A stretch of DNA of 64,000 nucleotides. Origin: a virus. The stretch spans positions 64,001 through 128,000 of IMG/VR virus record IMGVR_UViG_3300045988_176357; one strand, 5' to 3'. Both the position numbers and the translations under genes were made by a program. The notes under the pieces were generated by a model. The model did not search any database, had not been told where the DNA came from, and saw only the letters and a list, made by a program, of their open reading frames with translations. Positions 33,154-47,366 of the stretch are shown in pieces. Every line of letters begins with the position of its first letter. Position 1 is the first letter of the stretch.

Positions 33154-35502
33154 ATGTGTGGTGGCGGAGGTATCTTTGGCGCGAGTGTAGCTGGTCTGCC
33201 TGCTGTCGGTTCATCTGTCATAGCCTGGATAAATAAAGCAACAGGTAAAGGCTACATTCTATCTGTGAATCCAGGCGGAGGGTAGCCTAAATCATACAAA
33301 CTATTCTCTTTGCTGCATACCTACAGATGGAACACACCTGTAGGCGACCTGACTTTTTCCACATAGCTGTAGACACTGATAAGCAAGTATGCAAACAGTG
33401 GCGTGAATTCGACTCCCTGCGGTGCCACGTAGGACACATATCCCGGCGACCTTGTAATCGGTGATAAGTATGGACCGTCTGCGTTCTTCGGGAGAGCTCA
33501 GATAACAATAAAGGGTTCCGGACTTGCCTATACAGAGTTCTCCGGACTGGACAACAGTATAACAGTTGTAGCTTAGCACGCTTAGTTCGACTCTTTCAGT
33601 CAGCTGATATAGCACAGTACAGATATAAGCAGATAGCTAACAGCATCTGGTGCCAAATAGGGTCTTGGTGTCCTGCAGACTAATAGCAGTAAACCTGTTG
33701 AGAATAATCCAGGAGACGGAAACACACCGTCAGTTGACTACAGTGCGTAGTCAGGTGATCCTATTTACAGAACGCAGGAATTTAAGGGCGGACTTGTATC
33801 CGGCCAGTTCAGTTCGGTACTGTCTCCTCTGCAGGATTAGTAGTATCAGGACATGGATATACCTGTGCTTGCTACTAATCATGTATCATACGATGGGTAG
33901 ACAGAAACAGTATCGGCAAAAAGCATCAGAATGATAAAGACACCTGATATCTACGCTCCTCAGCAGATATCAGACTAGACAGCGGCTTAGTTATCCTAGA
34001 AGTAGATTCCTAAGTTTCAGACTCCTCAATATACCTCGACAGATAAAGCGCTGCAGATGGATGCGCTGCTGCAGCAATCAGGAACACAGTACATACTTAG
34101 GAACCAACTTACGGATTAGCAGATTCTCAGTTTGTATTCCAACAATGTACAGTGTCTTGCGTAGCCTCTGACAGCCAGGATAACGGATTGGACAGATTCT
34201 GGACAGGCGTCACAGCAATAGTTAGCTCCATGTCAGTACGCATAGATAACGGATACGTATACAGGACAGCAGAAGCGAGTGTATAAATGCGCGTCATTTA
34301 TCACTCAATAGTAGGATGGGTCTATCCTTATCAAGGATGGTTGGGGAAGTTAGATACGAATGACCGGAGGCAACATCTACATATCCAGTGCGCTCGATAC
34401 CTTTATTCGTCCGGGTCGTGACTGCATAGGTTTGATACCAAGACGTATGTAGCTGGATGCCAATGGAGCAGCTGTTATCGCCTCCAAGAAGTCAGTAAAG
34501 GTAGCTGCCTAGGGCAGTCTGTATCTGTCTTCTGCTGTAGGAGGACAAGATGGTTACACGGTGCTGTAGAACAGATCTAAAACATCGTCTGCCGGTATGG
34601 TGATACGCAGTAACGGCAACTTATCTCTCACTTCATCCAGAGATATGTACATAGGACTAAACGATAAGACAACTACGAACGCAGGAGATAAAGCTACCAG
34701 AGGCTCCGGTTCGATCTGCATCGATGGAAGTGTGCTCATGCTCAATGCGGACAGCTATATGAAAGCCACATCCGGATCCATAGGCTTGTATGGATATTCA
34801 GGTGGTACAGGAGCTGGCGTCGTCATAACGCCTAACGCAACAAGTGTGCTGTCACAGGCTTTCTATGTTAATGTAGGATCTACATTTGTTGGAGCACTCG
34901 GAGGAAGGAGCACTGTAACTGTCGGCAATACTGATCAAACTTTTACAGTCAGTGGAGGTTCAGGTTCAGGTATCATGCATGTCAGAGGCTCTATACAATG
35001 CAAAGATATCACAGCTGACGGCACTATGTCTGTAAATGGATCTTTCGGAGCCGCCAGCTATATGGTACTGGGAACAGAACAGGTAGATATAATACCTAAA
35101 GTAACAATAGATTCATTGCGAGCCTTCAAGCAGTCCATTGCTCGTATATTCCAATATAAAATAGATACTCCATCTATATCGTATCCAGAACAGACACAGC
35201 AATGGTACAACGACAACTATATCTGCAGCAAATAGCTGAGCTTCACCTAGTCAGGTGTGTTGAGCTTTGGTGAATACAAAATGCCAAAGATGTGCTGGCA
35301 GACAAATACCTAGTCCGGTCAGATCTTTTAGCCTGTAATAACAATGGAAACAGGTCAGGATCAGCCGACATCCAAGTCATATCCTGGTAAGTCTGCATGG
35401 TAGGCTGGTACAATTTCAACTCTAGATTAGAATTACTCAGTCAAATACGAACTGCCGCTACAGGGCAACTATACAGTGAATACAGATAAGGAGGACCAAT
35501 AA
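33154..35502 (+). CDS. Tail fiber-like protein(s); frame 1 open from 32962; may be two genes, with a second start at ATG 34549 preceded by GGAGGA
   Basis: Frame 1 checked line by line 33001-35502: 847 codons without TAA/TGA, about 60 TAGs. Gly/Ser/Thr-rich beta-like sequence (GSGSICIDGSVLM..., TVTVGNTDQTFTVSGGSGSG). Confidence 0.45.
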
Positions 35503-36079
35503 TGTCATAGACGAACACTTAGAAAGAACTGCTTACATGTCCGTGCTGTGGAAAACCGACATTCCAGGCTCCGGCTAAAGTCGATGACTAGACTAAACAC
35601 AGGTATCTTGCATGCATTATATCAGGCATGCCTTACAAGCAGACTTACAATCTTTTCGATCGGACAGTAAAAATAACTGTTACATAGTTATCCCCTCAGG
35701 TGACTGATAAGATGGTTCGTCTCGGTGCGCTTACTTCCTTGTAGCAGGATAAAGACAGGAAATCCGTCTTATCTGATCTGTTATCAAGACTGTATAGACT
35801 GCTGCCTGTATAGAACATCAGCATCGTTACAGACACCAGTGTATCTGATTACCACGTGAGCTCCGTATGTCTGTAGATTCTGGAGAAAGCTCTGCAACCT
35901 GACTGTACAACACAGCAACTGTCTGAAATGTACGCACGGCTTGTCGATCCTTCCGTTGTTACATCATTGTCAGCAGGTATTCTCGACAAGGTTCTGGTTA
36001 CACATTCAAGAACCATGGAGCTTCTGATTTCCAGTGGATTTGATGATTCTTTTTATCAGGGTATTCCGCACGCCTGTTA
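35502..36079 (+). CDS. Hypothetical protein with CPCCGKP zinc-ribbon motif (about 192 aa)
   Basis: Frame 0 checked; TAATG overlap with upstream stop; TAA stop. Confidence 0.4.
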
Positions 36080-36373
36080 ATGCTATCTCAGCAACGGGAT
36101 ACCTACGGAGCAATAAAAAGATACGCATAGCGCCCAACGGATCGCAATTTCCTGGCTGTTAAACTGCTGGCATCCTCCACGTAGATGCTGTTAAGGGCTG
36201 CTGGTATTCAAATAGCCGCATAGCTTAATATCTAGCTCAATAAGGGTGTGCCTGCTGCAATAAATGACATACTTGGAAGGGCGAGTAAAGAGCTAGAGAC
36301 AGACCTTACGGTAGACGCAAAAAGTATTTATGAGAACACATTACGCGCTGCCGGATTCAAATTACCATAGTAA
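36079..36373 (+). CDS. Small hypothetical protein (about 98 aa)
   Basis: Frame 2; TAATG overlap; TAA stop. Confidence 0.35.
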
Positions 36374-36392
36374 TAACAGTTGAAAGACGTGC

Positions 36393-38888
36393 ATGAGTCA
36401 ATAGTCAAATATACTTAATCAAATTCTACAGGTGCTGTCATCTTTTGTTCAGCGTCCGCAGACTCAACTTGGAGATGACTATTGGCGCAGTGTATCCGGT
36501 ATGCAGACAGGCCCATACTCAATGCATAGCCTGTTACAGTCCACAGTTACATCCGCACTTGGTCCGCTGTTTGGCGGAATTGTAAACAAGCTGATCATAG
36601 GCGACTAGTTTAACAGAGCCGGAAATTTCTCCAGTCCCCTGGCCGGTATGCTGCTTCCAACAAATGGAGGTACATACAGCGGCGCTTTTGCCAGTATGGT
36701 TCAAGATTCGATGCGGACTGCTGCATACTGGAGTAGACAGCAGAACTAGAATGCTTTGAAGCGTGATTTCTACAGATCGTATTTTAATACCTTGTATCCT
36801 AACTAGTCAAATGCGCAGATATAGCAGCGTATATATGGTGTATAGAGAAATCCAATACAGGCTGCAGGGCTTATACAGGCATTTGCCGATCCGTACGAAG
36901 TAACAAGGACAATGCAGGGCATGTAGCTGGCTCAGGCAGGTGTCCTTCAATGGAGTACAAGGCGAAACCCGTTAGATACAAGTGCTGTTACTCGTGCCAA
37001 TCAGTTAGCTGCAGGTATCAGTCAGCTTTCGCAGCAGGCACAGCGCAGAGCAGTACTCGGACAAGGGGAATCTTTTGGGGGGTTCTCAGGAGGAGCTGTT
37101 GCCTAGCTCGCAGGCATAATAGCCAATGCCAGTGATCAGTTCGGTAATGTCAGCGGACAGTAGCTGGCATCAAGCATATAGCGATTCAAGACCAAAGTAA
37201 GAGACACTACAAGAGCTCTGCAGCCGTTAAGAGATATCTTTGGTCAGGACATTCGCTCTATGGTAAATGCCATACAGGGATTTACAGGTCAGAATATATC
37301 TCAACTGAGTGTGTCTGCTGTACAGAACATTTCGACAAGAATCGCCGATATACAGAGGTATGCTCCAGGTGTGTCAATGGGTCAGCTGGCTGATATGGGC
37401 GGTGCAATGCGCCGTATGCTGGCTAACAACGGAATTAGAGGATATGCCGGATTGGGAGCTGGCGTGCTTGGCGTTGAAGTTGCAGGTATGCTTATTCCGG
37501 GCAATACGTCCTATGGTATGACTCCTTAGTAGTTCCAGCAGGGAACGCTTAATGCCTACGCCAGTGCGCAAGGCAGCCGTGGCGTTGACTTCATGTCGAT
37601 GGCTTACAGTCTGTGGAGACAGAGGAACAGAACAGGAACAATCCAACAGTTCAGAGACAGAATCAGCTAGGCACAGGCTAACGGACAGGATGCACTTACA
37701 GCTGCCCGTAACCTTGCTGGCGTAAGCTCCAATGGCTAGCTGCTGAGAGGTCTGTAGTACTCTGATTACAGAGAGGCTCAGATGTCCGGCGCATTTGCTT
37801 CATCCGGTATCAGATAGCAATGGAGACAGCAGCGAGACATCAAAGAACTGCAGTTAATGCAGACAGGCCGCTGGACAAGAGCACAAATCAGCGCTGCCAT
37901 GCGTTAGTTCAGCAACCCTTAGGTCATGGCATAGCTCAGTCGTTCAGGTAATGTTGACCAGGTTCGTGGACTGAACTAGACATCCAGACGCATCATTAAC
38001 TGGGCTGTAAGTACTGACACGAATTTCCTGGCAGGTGCACGCAGAGTATCTCAGATACAGTAGCAGTAGCAGTTCGGACGTACCATGTCCACTATACGCA
38101 ATACATTCAAAGACATGGATGCCACAGGAGGAACAGGTTGGAATACATTTTTCAACAGGTTCATGACAAATAACTGGGGAGATCAGTCCGCTGTCTATAA
38201 GATGTTTGCTCAACAGGTATATGGGTAGACAGATGAGGCAAGAATAACTGAACGCAATACACAGCTGCGAAGTGCTTTAGGTTCGTCAGGGATGCAGTAG
38301 GCACTCCGATACGGGTTTCTTGGAGCCGGAAGGTCAGATAGCGACTATAGACAGCATCTAAAAACGCTCACACAAGCCGATAAGAGTACTCAATAGTACA
38401 AATAGGCGCAGAGATATGTTCTGTCCGCAATCGCAGTAGGCTAGGATAAAAAGCTTAAAGATCTGGCTGCAAGTAAATAGGGGCAGGATGCATACAACGC
38501 TTTTGCAGCAGCCCTGATGCAGGCTGACAACTAGACCGATCAGACAAAGCGTGCTGATGCTGTTCTCACTGCCAGAAGCAACTACAGGTACAGACTGAAT
38601 GCTCTCAGCCGCAGAAACGCACTTAAATAGAGCACTGATTAGTAGTTCACACTGCAGACCAGAAGAGATATGTAGACTCTGCTTAAGGCTTAGTCTGAAG
38701 GCACTGTTGTCAACTAGCAGTATTTCAATACCAACAAAGGCAGATTCAAGTCAATATAGTCTTTCAGCTAGTACAGCAGACTCAGAGCAAAGCTGGGCGG
38801 ATCAGATACAAACAGTGATCTGGCAGGCAAGTTGAACAGTGTTCTGTAGCGTATAGCCAACTTCCTCAAACAGATAGCTTAGAAGAAA
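36393..38888 (+). CDS. Large Gln/Ala/Arg-rich protein (831 aa), putative tape measure protein
   Basis: Frame 0 checked line by line 36384-38888 with about 75 TAGs. Position after sheath/tube/fiber; internal Gly-rich hydrophobic segment GIRGYAGLGAGVLGVEVAGMLIPG. Confidence 0.3.
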
Positions 38889-38904
38889 TGAACAAGGCTG
38901 CTCT

Positions 38905-39387
38905 ATGTCAACTACGGTTTTCCCTATAACAAGTTATATACAATAGACAAAGCTGAAAGGTTACACATACGTTACGCTGAGCCTTGGATCTAAATAGCTG
39001 TATATAGCTCAGGCTCCGATAATGGGCATATAGATATCCTAGCAGATAGACTACAATCTAATAAAGTCTCTTTCAGGCAACTTTGGTATGCTTACCTTTG
39101 AGGACCATCCTGTCAGTATAACTATCTCCGGTTTGCGTATGGCCTTGTAGCCTACGTGCAGCTTGTCTTCTGCTAACCGCAATGCGACCACTATATAGAG
39201 CTTGTCTAAACTTTACATGGACTATAGAGGTTCTATAAAAAATGCTTCCCAGCAATCGCTGCTCACTATAACTGTAGGTACAGATACATATAAGGGAGTC
39301 ATTGTCAGTTTACAGCAGAGTTCAGCCAGCTAGAGTATGCCCGGAGTTATGCAATACCAGCTGACCATGTACGGAGCCAGAATATGA
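38905..39387 (+). CDS. Hypothetical tail/baseplate-associated protein (about 160 aa)
   Basis: Frame 1 open 38836-39387, TGA stop. Confidence 0.35.
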
Positions 39388-41069
39388 TGACGTTATACAC
39401 ATCCGGCTCATTTGTACTTTGTGTCAAGGTGTCCGGAGCTGTAAAGTATTACGCTGTAAAGAACTTCTATCTTCGCAAGGCTAAAGGCGCAATAACTCAG
39501 TGCCGGGTGAGCCTTATGGATGTTACCTGGCAGGTGGAAGTCAGAAATCTGTCTACATATCCGAAACTGTCGGCATTGGCATAGCTGTATAACAGTGCAT
39601 GTCAGCCTGAAACTAAACCCATGTAGTGCCAGCTGCTGTAGTACAACTCCAGATAGAACAGTGGACAGCCTGTACAATGGTTTACAGGACGTGTGTGCGT
39701 CGTAACTCCGGTTCTGGCATAGCGCCCTGGAATTACATCTTAGTATACATGTTTCTGCATGGGAAAGGCGTGCTAGCTGATGTTCTCCTATGTCAGCGAC
39801 TATAAGTATGTGGATGCTAAGTCTGCAAACAATGTGCCATAGCTGTAGAAAAACGGCCTTATAGGAGCCAACGCACAGGCAACCAATATATTCAGCACTG
39901 AAAAACTCGATACAGCGTTGCTGATTTCCAACAGCGGCCAGAGCATATAGGCCGACACCGTAGATCAGCTTTTTACCAAAGCATTCAATTACTTGCAGTA
40001 GATGCGGGCAAAACTGGCTCTTTTCGCATAGACGCCTACTATAGACTTATCCAAATACATAACCTCTCAGTACAAGATAAGTTCTGTAATCAAGTAGGCT
40101 ATCAAGGCGCCTGTAGACTTAGGACATAGTAATCCATATCTTATAGCCTTTGATCAGATGTTCGCATCAGGTATCGATAACAGGCAGCTCATCGATGCTA
40201 TAATGACTACTCTGGCCGGTTAGCGGTTCCTGACAACTGCGCCTGCTTAGCGAACACTTCCCGACGCTTAGGACAAATTGTTTATCATCCCTAATTATGT
40301 ATTGCCTGTTTAGACTCAAGATGCCATCATAACACCGGAAGACATCAATCTTGTACAGGTTACCGCCAATCCGTTGTCCCATTTAAGTATACCTGATAAA
40401 TTGTTTGTCAACCTGACGATGCTGTCGGCTTTCGATATGGGAACAAGATTGATACAGAATATACCTGGATTATATGGTGAGTACGAAGCGGTTACACCAG
40501 CCTCCAAGATAAAGCAGGCAGGTGCTCCGTGGTGGTTACTTACCATAGCTGTATAGAAGTCCAGATTCAAAACATATAAAGCCGATATGAAGAACATTCC
40601 TGTTGGTCAGTCGGTTGTCACATAGATATAGTAGAACGCAAGCTGGGCAGACGGAGCTAAACAGATGTTTGATACATATGCAAAGACACTGTATTTCAGT
40701 ATGTATGCTGCCTAGAAGCAAGCTACTGTGAGTCTGCTGCCGACTGATAAAGCTAAGGATATGGACAGGTATATAGGTAAGTCCATAGCTTTACAGCTTC
40801 CTTTAGATCAACAGAATCTGAATGACAGGAAATACAGTAAATTCTTCGGTGTTCTTGATTCAGTTACATATTAGTACGGATGCTCTACATCACCTCAGCA
40901 GTCGTCATATCTGACAATAACGGCAAATGTGACGGCGCTGACTCCATAGAGCTCTGCCTTCGCCAAGGCTATATTTCAGGATTAGCGGACACCTCTGCTC
41001 TATTAGAAAAGCCTGGCTACATCTGATATGTACGATTACAATAACAGCTCTGATTACAGTGGTTTAGCG
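39384..41069 (+). CDS. Hypothetical structural protein (561 aa)
   Basis: Frame 0 checked line by line; ATGA overlap with upstream stop; about 45 TAGs; TGA stop. Confidence 0.5.
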
Positions 41070-41080
41070 TGAGGTTTAAG

Positions 41081-41913
41081 ATGCCGGGTATATTTGAACA
41101 AATTAAAGGTCTGAATACTTCTTCTCAGAATATTGCGCCTAAACCTGTAAAGCAGCCGCAAGAAGATATCGTACAGACCATAGCCGATTGGCAGAAGAAG
41201 AGCACGCCTGAAACCACCAAACAGATATTGGACTTCATCAGGCCGACTATCGACAGTGCGCTTCATACCTATACACCTGGACAATAGAACACATTCAGAA
41301 TAAAAGCTACATCCTATGCCTTGCAGAGTCTGCGTAACTACGATGTGACAAAGAAAGTGTCTCCAAAGACCTTCGTGTTTTCAAACCTTCAAAGACTCAA
41401 CAGACTCAGAAGGTAGCGTTAGAATATCATTCATATCCCTTAGAATCAGGTCTATATGAAACAGATGCTGGACAATAAAACAGCTTAGCTGTAGAGTGAC
41501 CTGGGAAGACCGCCTACTGATTAGTAGCTGAGCTAGGCTCTGTATATCTCCAAGCGCAAACTGGATAAGCTGCGTTAGCAGTCCTCTGTTACCATAAGTT
41601 AGACAATGTCTCAAGATCCGTAGGGACACTAGATGCTTGGAGCGTCTGATGTCACGGACAGGGATTACTATAATTATGTCTACTCATCTGTATCTCCTGT
41701 AGATAAAAAGATAATGTAGTGGACATCCGGGTACAAAACAAAGCCGCTGTCCAATAATCAGATAGCTGAGAAACTGCATATATCACCTGGGGCTGTATCA
41801 CAGAGAAAGAACAGGATACAGCAGCTCATGGGTTAGGTCAGAGGTCTCGTATGAGAAAACTTATACAGGAAGGCGGAGAAAAGCCAACCGGCTGCTCATT
41901 GCAGCAGCACGAT
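41081..41913 (+). CDS. Sigma-70 family sigma factor, TAG-rich (late?) copy
   Basis: Frame 2 checked. Region 4.2-like HTH LSNNQIAEKLHISPGAVSQRKNRI preceded by VTDRDYYNYVYSSVSPVDKKIM; region-2-like N-terminal segment; 23 TAGs; TAA stop. Confidence 0.6.
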
Positions 41914-41930
41914 AAGTTTATCAGGTATGC

Positions 41931-42254
41931 GATGAACCTCCGTTTAGAATCTCTATAGGATATAGTGGACGGCAGTCAGCAATACCGGGCAACTTAGGCA
42001 CAGAAACCTGCATAGGCATAGCTGTACCTGACAAACCTGGATTAGATTCTGCAGCCTCAGTTCTTGTCCCATCTGCAGAGTAATAAGGATCAGTCTGCAC
42101 AGGTATCTACATTTTAGCAGTACGGCTAGATATTCCGTATAAGCAGAGACTTACTGACTTGCACTTAGAAAAGAAAATCGAGACTGCTTGCCGGTGTCCA
42201 GGAAACGCTTGGAAAAGCATGGGCTAACAGTACAGCTGGAGATGTGTACTTATG
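41931..42254 (+). CDS. Small hypothetical protein
   Basis: Frame 0, TGA stop; read by eye only. Confidence 0.25.
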
Positions 42255-45200
42255 AAGGATATGCAGTTCACGTAGCCTAAAACAATGCTTATATAGCCAC
42301 ATGTGCTTGGAGTAACTTCTGTACAGGGGCTTATTCTGTATCAGAAAATACTTGTGCTTATGCTCAGCTCGTCTTCCTCCAGCTACAGAGAAAATGCCGG
42401 AACACAATTGATAGACTTGTTATCTGGCTCGAATACGCCATCTGACTAGCTTCTTACATCTCTCGGTTCCAACGCATGTGCACAGGCGAGATCTCTGCTG
42501 GACTCATAGGATATTGACAAAATGGACTCACTTACAGCATCTGCAAGTAATGGAGTCTTAAGTATAACCCTGCGGCTCAAAGACGGCTAGACATATACTG
42601 GAGAACTGTCGTGAATTTAACAGAACCAACAAATACTCAATTTCAGCAGGCCTAGTAGACACTGACCAATTTGATGCAGGACTACTCTCAGCAGCTTGAT
42701 GTAAAGAAAGCATCTACCATACGGTAGCTGTTGATAAGACCCTATGCATATGTATTCGCAAAGATAAATCAACTGATGTAGACATGGTTAAGAACTACGT
42801 CTGTAGGTTACCTGTCCTAGTCACAGCTTACACAGAACCAGACTGCGGATATAGTTGCAAGTAATTACTTTGTCACAAGAAAGCAGGGCACATACGCAAA
42901 AGGTGTTGTGACTCTTACCTGTACTGCCTCTTCTGTTCGAGTGACTAAAGGCGCGCAGTTTACTATAGACGGACATATCTTTGTTACTTAGAAGACAACT
43001 ATAGCCTCTGTGAATCCTCTATAGGATACTGAAGACATCAATTACACAAAAATGTACAGCATTAATGGCCAGTACAAGACCAATGTTCCTGTTGTTTCTG
43101 TTGTATCCGGCTACATGGAGATACCGGAAGGGGCTCTGGTCACAGTATCATCGTACATAGCCAATGTCAACCAGGCGTAGCTTACATCTCCGATAACAGG
43201 TGGAGCTTAGAGCTAGACAGACGCATCTATGATGAGCAGATGTAAGGACAGGTGCGGATCTGCTATAGGAACATTAGGAGCTCTACGGATAAAGATGTAG
43301 GAAGCTCCTGTACAGGTTATGAGCTGCAACGCAATAAGCAGCAAAGATCCTGGATGCTTCAGAGCCAGAAACAACAACCTCGATGTGCCTTATGGCGGCA
43401 TAGTTGATGTCTATGTGAAAACGGCAAATCAGACATCATTCGGTAAGCTTCTGTTCTAGTCTATGAAACATGACAGTGATGGCTACTATATATAGGTGTC
43501 CGCAGAAGATGACAGATAGATTGCCGGTTTCACACGCGTAACAAAGGTAATTTCTGCCCGGCAAGGCACATAGATCGGCACATACACTGTATAGTATGGT
43601 TCATCCAACACACTTGTATCTGCGTAGGCAGCAAGACTTACTGTATATCAGACAGCTAAGATACGCTTCCGCCAGTCCCTCGCAGCTTCGGTTCCGGTAT
43701 AGGTGACTGTGTAGTATGTAAACGGCATTACAGACCTGCAGTAGTATATGGACAGTTCTTCAGGCGCCTTCCTTGGACAGGATTGCCTTGTGAAAGCTGC
43801 TGTACCTGCAACAGTACATATATCCGGCTACATACACAGCACACAGCCGATAACATAGGATACCTTATAGTCACTTAAGGTTTTCATATCTCAATATGTG
43901 AACAGCAAACAAGTCGGTGACTATATATTGAATATGGCTTAGGTTGGCTAGGCTCTGCACCAGCAGTATCCTGACATCAATTTAAGACTTCCATATGGTA
44001 TTCAGACAAGCTTGCCGATGACTAATGGTGGCAACTATAACTTTACCACTTCTGACGGCTAGATCGACCTGACATACAGACAAGGTTTGTATATGTGGGA
44101 TCCTCAAGCATATTACTTCTCAACAGTGCCAGCATATATCACACTTGAGGTACTGTAATGTAGAAATGGGCTAAACTTGTTCGCAGAATATGCGGATATT
44201 TCTGGACTACGGTATGGAAAGATACATGGCTGATCTAGCTGCTTGGCAAGTTCTTTCAGCACGTGTCTGGATAGGTGCTGTAGGATAGGCTGCTGCAAAT
44301 AGACAATCAGTTGCATGTTGCATATACGGTGCAGCCTGATAAGTGGCACCCTGTGCGTATACTGGTTGATGCTTAGACATAGAGCAGCGCTGTAATACCT
44401 ATAACACAGTTCGTAATTGGATCATCTTCCATAGGGCAAACTGTGTAGGGCACTAAGTACAGTACTTTGTAGCAGCTTGGTATCCCGATAAAGATACAGA
44501 ATAAGGTGGACACACCTGATATCCTGCTCAATATCGATACCGACTATACTGTGCAGGACGGATGTATTAAGTTCAACCAGCCGTTGGATCAGATCGGATT
44601 CCGATCTACTGTAGTCACTGTAGCCGGTTAGATAAAAGTCTGTTACTAGCTGTGGGGCATCTACTAGAAGTATCAGACACTGAGGGATGCTTTTACCGGT
44701 ATCCTGTAGGTTCCGAATTATTGGTTGTATAAGTATCCGGGAGCTGTGGAGGCGGCCTGGAGCATAAAGCTTAACGGCAGCAACAAGCGAGATGTTCTGC
44801 GGTTACTTGGAGCTGTCGGACAATGTCCTGTAGCTTGGCAGTAGGGCACTGTATCAGATGTACAAGGCAGCACAGTCATTATAGGTGACCACACATATAC
44901 CGGTGAAGGTTCTCCGATAGTTACTAAAGGTCAGTATGTGCTGAAGGGTTAGCCTTTATTTGTCGCAGCTGAAAACGCACTTGACTATCCGAGAGTGATA
45001 ACATGGAAAGATACCATTCCATCTGATATCGCGAGCATACCTGTTGTTACAGATGCCGGAGTGCTTACAGCTTCAAACAGAGACGGACTGAGTCCTGTAA
45101 ACAATGTACTGCCGCTAACAGGTTAGAACTACATACAGTATCAAAGACTGTGTGCATAGTTAAATGCTGATCTGAATATACCGTATATACAGCTTCCAGC

Positions 45201-45782
45201 CAATATGAATCCAGCGCAATTCCTTCTGTCCACAGTATGGAAGCATTCTGGCTTTATCGTTGTAGCTCCGTCTTCCAACTACAAAGACATGTGTATAGCT
45301 GCTCGTGTGATTGTTTAGAACACAGCGCTAGGTGCTATACCTATAATATACAGATATGCTGCACAGACATACGTTACGATATAGCCTGACTTACAGGTGA
45401 CGTCTAAAGCGATAGCTTATTACAGTGAATCCGTGAATAACGGCTTGCAGTATAAGGAGAGGTACAATGACTTTGACAAATAAAGGATCTGAGCTGTTGT
45501 TGCGGGCTCTTCTGCAGGCAGTCAACTCTTGTACAGGACTTACAGATACAGGTAAAGTAGTAAGGAACGGAACTGTCTCTGTTGAGGATAACTCTATAAA
45601 ATGCTGCTTCGATACATACAAATTAGATCACTCGTAGATTGAATAGCAAAAAGATAAAATAGTACATATATGTCTGCTGGATGAAAATAGCTGGTAGCTT
45701 GCCCGCGTGCCGGTATAGCCAACGTGCAGACTCAATGGTGCTGGACTTATATTCAATCTGAGCATGAATATTGGAGGCTTAC

Positions 45783-47366
45783 ATGGCTGAAAGTTACATG
45801 GTACCCAAGTACACATAGGGGATGGCTACTGTTGATAAGCTCAACCAGCCTCTTGACTACATATAGACAGCACTCAACGATATAAGTCAACGTGTTGACC
45901 AAATTTCAAATAAAAGTGCTGTCATACAGTGGTAGGCTGTGCTCGACGCATCTGTACAGACAGGAGACCTTGTATATTTCGATTCTGAAGGGTCGTCAGC
46001 ATGTTTCAAGCCTGCGAAAGCGGCTCTGTTGGGCATTCCCGGAGCACAAGGGCAGTCTGTATAGGCGCCGCAGAGCCGAGTATAGGGCATCGTGCTTTCC
46101 GCAGACCCTGCGGTTATATTGCGATCTGGATACTACTAGTCACCCATCATCTAGGCTACATTAGGTACTGGAGCTTAGGCTGGAATCTATTATTTATCTC
46201 CTTAGACAGCTGGTAAAGCTACAAAGACACCGGGATGGAATCTCAGGCAGCCATGCCTAAGCTATTACGGGGACGGCAAGTTCAGTCTGTTCTCGAACTA
46301 TCTTGCACATGACAACCATCATCACGCAAGTTTGGTTATAGGGTAGTGGCAGTAGCGCGCAGCGTATGACGGAGAGTACACGGCACAAGGAAATTACTTC
46401 TATAAGATATCTGATGCAGACATACTTGGACAGCTGTCCGCAGATACGACCGCTGTGTTCTACAGAGGTCTTCTCAATACTACTGATTTTTCCTTCCAGC
46501 CTGATGCTGTATGGTGTACAGCATCTGATGCACCGCAGGCTGGATAGGTTGTCGTGTTCAATGACTATCCGTTCGCCTATGGGGACTCTGTTGTAAGGAC
46601 TGTAAGAAGTTCTTCTCTCAGTGTGAATTCTCTTAACGGCACATATGAGATCAACCTGCCGCAGTACGTAAAGAACAAAGTTGTTGGTTCGGCCACAGCC
46701 GTTGCCGATATTTCAGGCAAGAATATTTCCATAACACCTATCGTTTCCAGGCTGTATGCAGGTATGGGCATCAAAGTACAGAAGCTTGGATTGGGTATAT
46801 ATCAGATTTCGTCTGCTCAGCACGACGGAGCAAACATCGCCGCTTCTGACATGCGTATGAACGGTACACAGAGAGTTGCGGACGGACTGCTGACGTATAC
46901 TGTCTTCCCGAGATCAGCGACAACCTCGTTCATCATATCTACACCTGTTACGTATTCCGGATAGAACCTGAAAGGACAGACCAAAATATGGTTTACTACA
47001 AGAGGTCCCGGATCAGGACGTGTCAACATCTCTGTGTACTGGATACCTGTAGACACGTCTGGCACTGAATATACTACTATTCCAGGAATACACATAGGCG
47101 ACACAACTGCAGTGTTCTCCAACACCAGCACGTCTATGCTTGCTTACACATAGACAGCTTACATCGGCAACTTTGATCTGAGTACACATGGCACGTTGCT
47201 GGCAAAGGTATAGGCTGTAGCGCCCGGCAGCGACATGTATGTGTATCAGACAGGATTCAAGACAACCGCTGTTGCATAGGTGCAGGAAGACGATACATCC
47301 GATGCTGTATCTCAGGATATCCTCGACCAGCTCGCCAAGGTGCTCACCTACAACGCTAATTACTGA
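45783..47366 (+). CDS. Tail fiber / receptor-binding-like protein (527 aa)
   Basis: Frame 0 checked 45761-47366. Ser/Thr/Gly-rich beta-like sequence (SLSVNSLNGTYEINLPQYVKNKVVGSATAVADISGKNISITPIV...). Confidence 0.45.
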
